Below, piece by piece: positions 8,042-9,453 of a stretch of 9,453 nucleotides of DNA. The notes under the pieces were generated by a model. The model was not told where the DNA came from. It ran no database searches and was given only the letters and a program-made list of their open reading frames with translations. The stretch lies in the sequence record OY723341.1; one strand, 5' to 3'. Position 1 is the stretch's first letter. Each line of letters opens with the position of its first letter. Position numbers and translations under genes: made by a program.

Positions 8042-8273
8042 GTCTAAAATGACCACTTTTGGCACCTTTCTGGAGGACCCAAAACGGGTGATTCAATCCC
8101 CCAAAAGGGGTCCGCAAATCAAGCCCAGAAATGGTCATAAAAAGGGCTCGTGGGGGTACCCCCATGAGCACTTTTAGGACCCTAAAATGGGTGTTTTGGA
8201 CCCCTAAAATGGTGTATTTAGACCCTTTCGGAGGGGTACAGGCAACGAGTACTACTAGATACATACCAGCAGA
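8042..8273. repeat. K segment, unit B copy
   Basis: Offset +5137 from 2905-3136. The overlapping ORF-track peptides 2780..3127 and 7911..8264 are identical except at one end. Confidence 0.7.
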
Positions 8274-8815
8274 CCATGTATCCTATGGTATATAGGACAT
8301 GGGGGCTACGGGTACCATTACACCATTACGGGAGTATATGGAGTACTATGGGTATCTAGAGGAGTCCCTGTAACACCAGATATCATGGTATTGGCATGCA
8401 TTTGATGACATGAAAACACATGATTTGATGACATGAAGTACTCATTATGAGTAGGTATACACATCTAATACCACTAGTACAACAGCATACACACCATTAG
8501 TACCATGTATCCTATGGTATACAGTACATGGGGAGTATAGGTACCATTACACCATGCAGAGGTGTATGGAGTACTATATGGTATATAGGGAGTATCCAGT
8601 AGTCACCAGATATCATGATATTGCATGCATTTGATGACATGAAACACATGATCTGATGATATGAAGTACTCGATATGTACTCATTATGGTACCCACTAAC
8701 ACTAGTACTACAGCATATCCGTACAAGGGGAACCATAAGGATCCGCCCTTGCAGGTATTCGGGTACTATATGACATATAGAGGGTATCCAGTAGACCACC
8801 AGATATCATGATATT
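8274..8815. repeat. H subrepeat array B2: H tail fragment, canonical H (8394-8622), variant H (8623-8815); lacks the H/S chimera of unit A
   Basis: Head motifs are at 8394, 8623 and 8816 (periods 229 and 193). 8394-8437 runs straight into gtactcattatgagtagg, whereas unit A has 240 extra bp here. Confidence 0.88.
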
Positions 8816-9090
8816 GCATGCATTTGATGACATGAAAACACATGATTTGATGTACTCAGATTACATGATTATGGTGATATCCAGTACATCACCAGATCCC
8901 TTAGACACCATGGGGATCACTACATATGCTATAAGGAGTACACATGCTCTGCATGGTACCTATATCATAGGGTAGGGGATATGCCCACGATACCTATGGA
9001 GACCACATCCTCTAGATACATGGTATGTGCACAGAGGATGGTGCCATGGTATGAGGACCCCAAATGGGTCGAAATACATGTTTTAGGGGT
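8816..9090. repeat. J module copy 2', unit B
   Basis: Offset +4898 from 3918-4192. Confidence 0.9.
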
Positions 9091-9151
9091 CCCAAAACAT
9101 GTGTTGCGAGTAGGTATCGGCACGGGATTAGCACATCTAGGGCATTATGGA

Positions 9152-9251
9152 ACCTGAGGAGATCACCTCCACAGGGAATGTCCCTCCGTGCATCCTGGGC
9201 TACCGAGAGGCCTACATGCAGTACCCCATATCCTCTAAGAGACCATTATGG
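9152..9251. repeat. S module copy 3' (unit B equivalent of 4254-4353)
   Basis: Offset +4898. The ORF-track peptide 9064..9360 is identical to 4166..4462. Confidence 0.93.
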
Positions 9252-9453
9252 AGGGTATTGGACAGGGCCCGAAACCCCCAAAATGAGTGATTTGGGGTGC
9301 TCAAAACCATCGATTTTGGTGGTTTTGGCATGCAAAAAGGGTCGAAAACACCACTTTTAGCCCCTTTTGCACATGGGAACACCACCCCATATACTAAGGG
9401 GGATCCTTCGAGGGATACAGAACCCCCGAAACCCCTTAAAGATGGTGTGTGAG

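Larger units (their letters stand above)
4556..9453. repeat. Macro-repeat unit B (4898 bp), second head-to-tail copy; ends exactly where unit A ends
   Basis: 4556 starts tactcatgcatgtaccc, the same as position 1. 9441-9453 gatggtgtgtgag equals 4543-4555. The length difference from unit A (+343 bp) is fully accounted for by +34 (microsatellite region), +548 (central H region) and -239/-240 (A-only subunit). Confidence 0.97.

Noticed and set aside
7911-8264. The longest ORFs in the track (117 aa at 7911..8264(-), 116 aa at 261..611(-) and 4816..5166(-), 115 aa at 2780..3127(-)) as protein-coding genes
   Set aside because: They lie entirely in repeat modules and are overlapped by ORFs in other frames or on the other strand. 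Their compositions are implausible (runs of M, V, I, H, Y, G and P that mirror ATG/GTA/CAT-rich DNA). They resemble no protein family I recognise. The duplicates are identical only because the DNA units are identical, so there is no evidence of purifying selection.
1-9453. A hidden long ORF under an alternative genetic code (TGA, TAG or TAA reassigned)
   Set aside because: All three stop triplets are abundant inside the commonest motifs in every frame, so reassigning one would not open long frames. This was judged by eye, not computed exhaustively. A six-frame scan under alternative codes would settle it.
1-9453. An rDNA intergenic spacer or another gene-associated tandem unit
   Set aside because: The complete repeat unit is visible twice and contains no rRNA, histone, 5S or other recognisable gene segment.

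Overview
The 9453-bp window is exactly two head-to-tail copies of one long, apparently non-coding repeat. Unit A is 1-4555 (4555 bp) and unit B is 4556-9453 (4898 bp). The window is cut in phase. Its last bases (...aaagatggtgtgtgag) followed by its first bases (tactcatgcatgtaccc...) recreate the internal A/B junction at 4555/4556. It is therefore either an in-phase slice or collapsed assembly of a longer tandem array, or a circular molecule.

I find no credible protein-coding gene. The longest ORF in six frames is 117 aa, and the ORFs overlap each other on both strands, are low-complexity and simply track the repeats. I also find no rRNA or tRNA, no CRISPR array, no transposase or terminal inverted repeats, and no recognisable operon or defence system.

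Each unit is a mosaic of nested direct repeats:
- S: a 100-133-bp module present 5 times in three different sequence contexts.
- H: arrays of a ~205-230-bp subrepeat, each copy opening with a ~44-bp 'head' motif (gcatgcatttgatgacatgaa...).
- J: a ~275-bp module present twice per unit.
- K-type segments: alternating A4/T4 tracts spaced ~10-12 bp apart.
- A 12-bp microsatellite with 2 copies in A and 5 in B.
- An (AC)3(GC)n alternating purine-pyrimidine tract.

The outer parts of the two units are ~99% identical. The centre differs by gain or loss of whole modules: a 240-bp A-only H/S chimeric subunit, a ~640-bp B-only segment, and a 387-bp versus 933-bp replacement.

The organism cannot be determined from the sequence. 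The architecture (macrosatellite or higher-order repeat, phased A/T tracts, saturation with CATG/GTAC) looks like eukaryotic satellite DNA rather than a bacterial, archaeal or phage gene neighbourhood. Module edges are by-eye alignments, accurate to a few bp.
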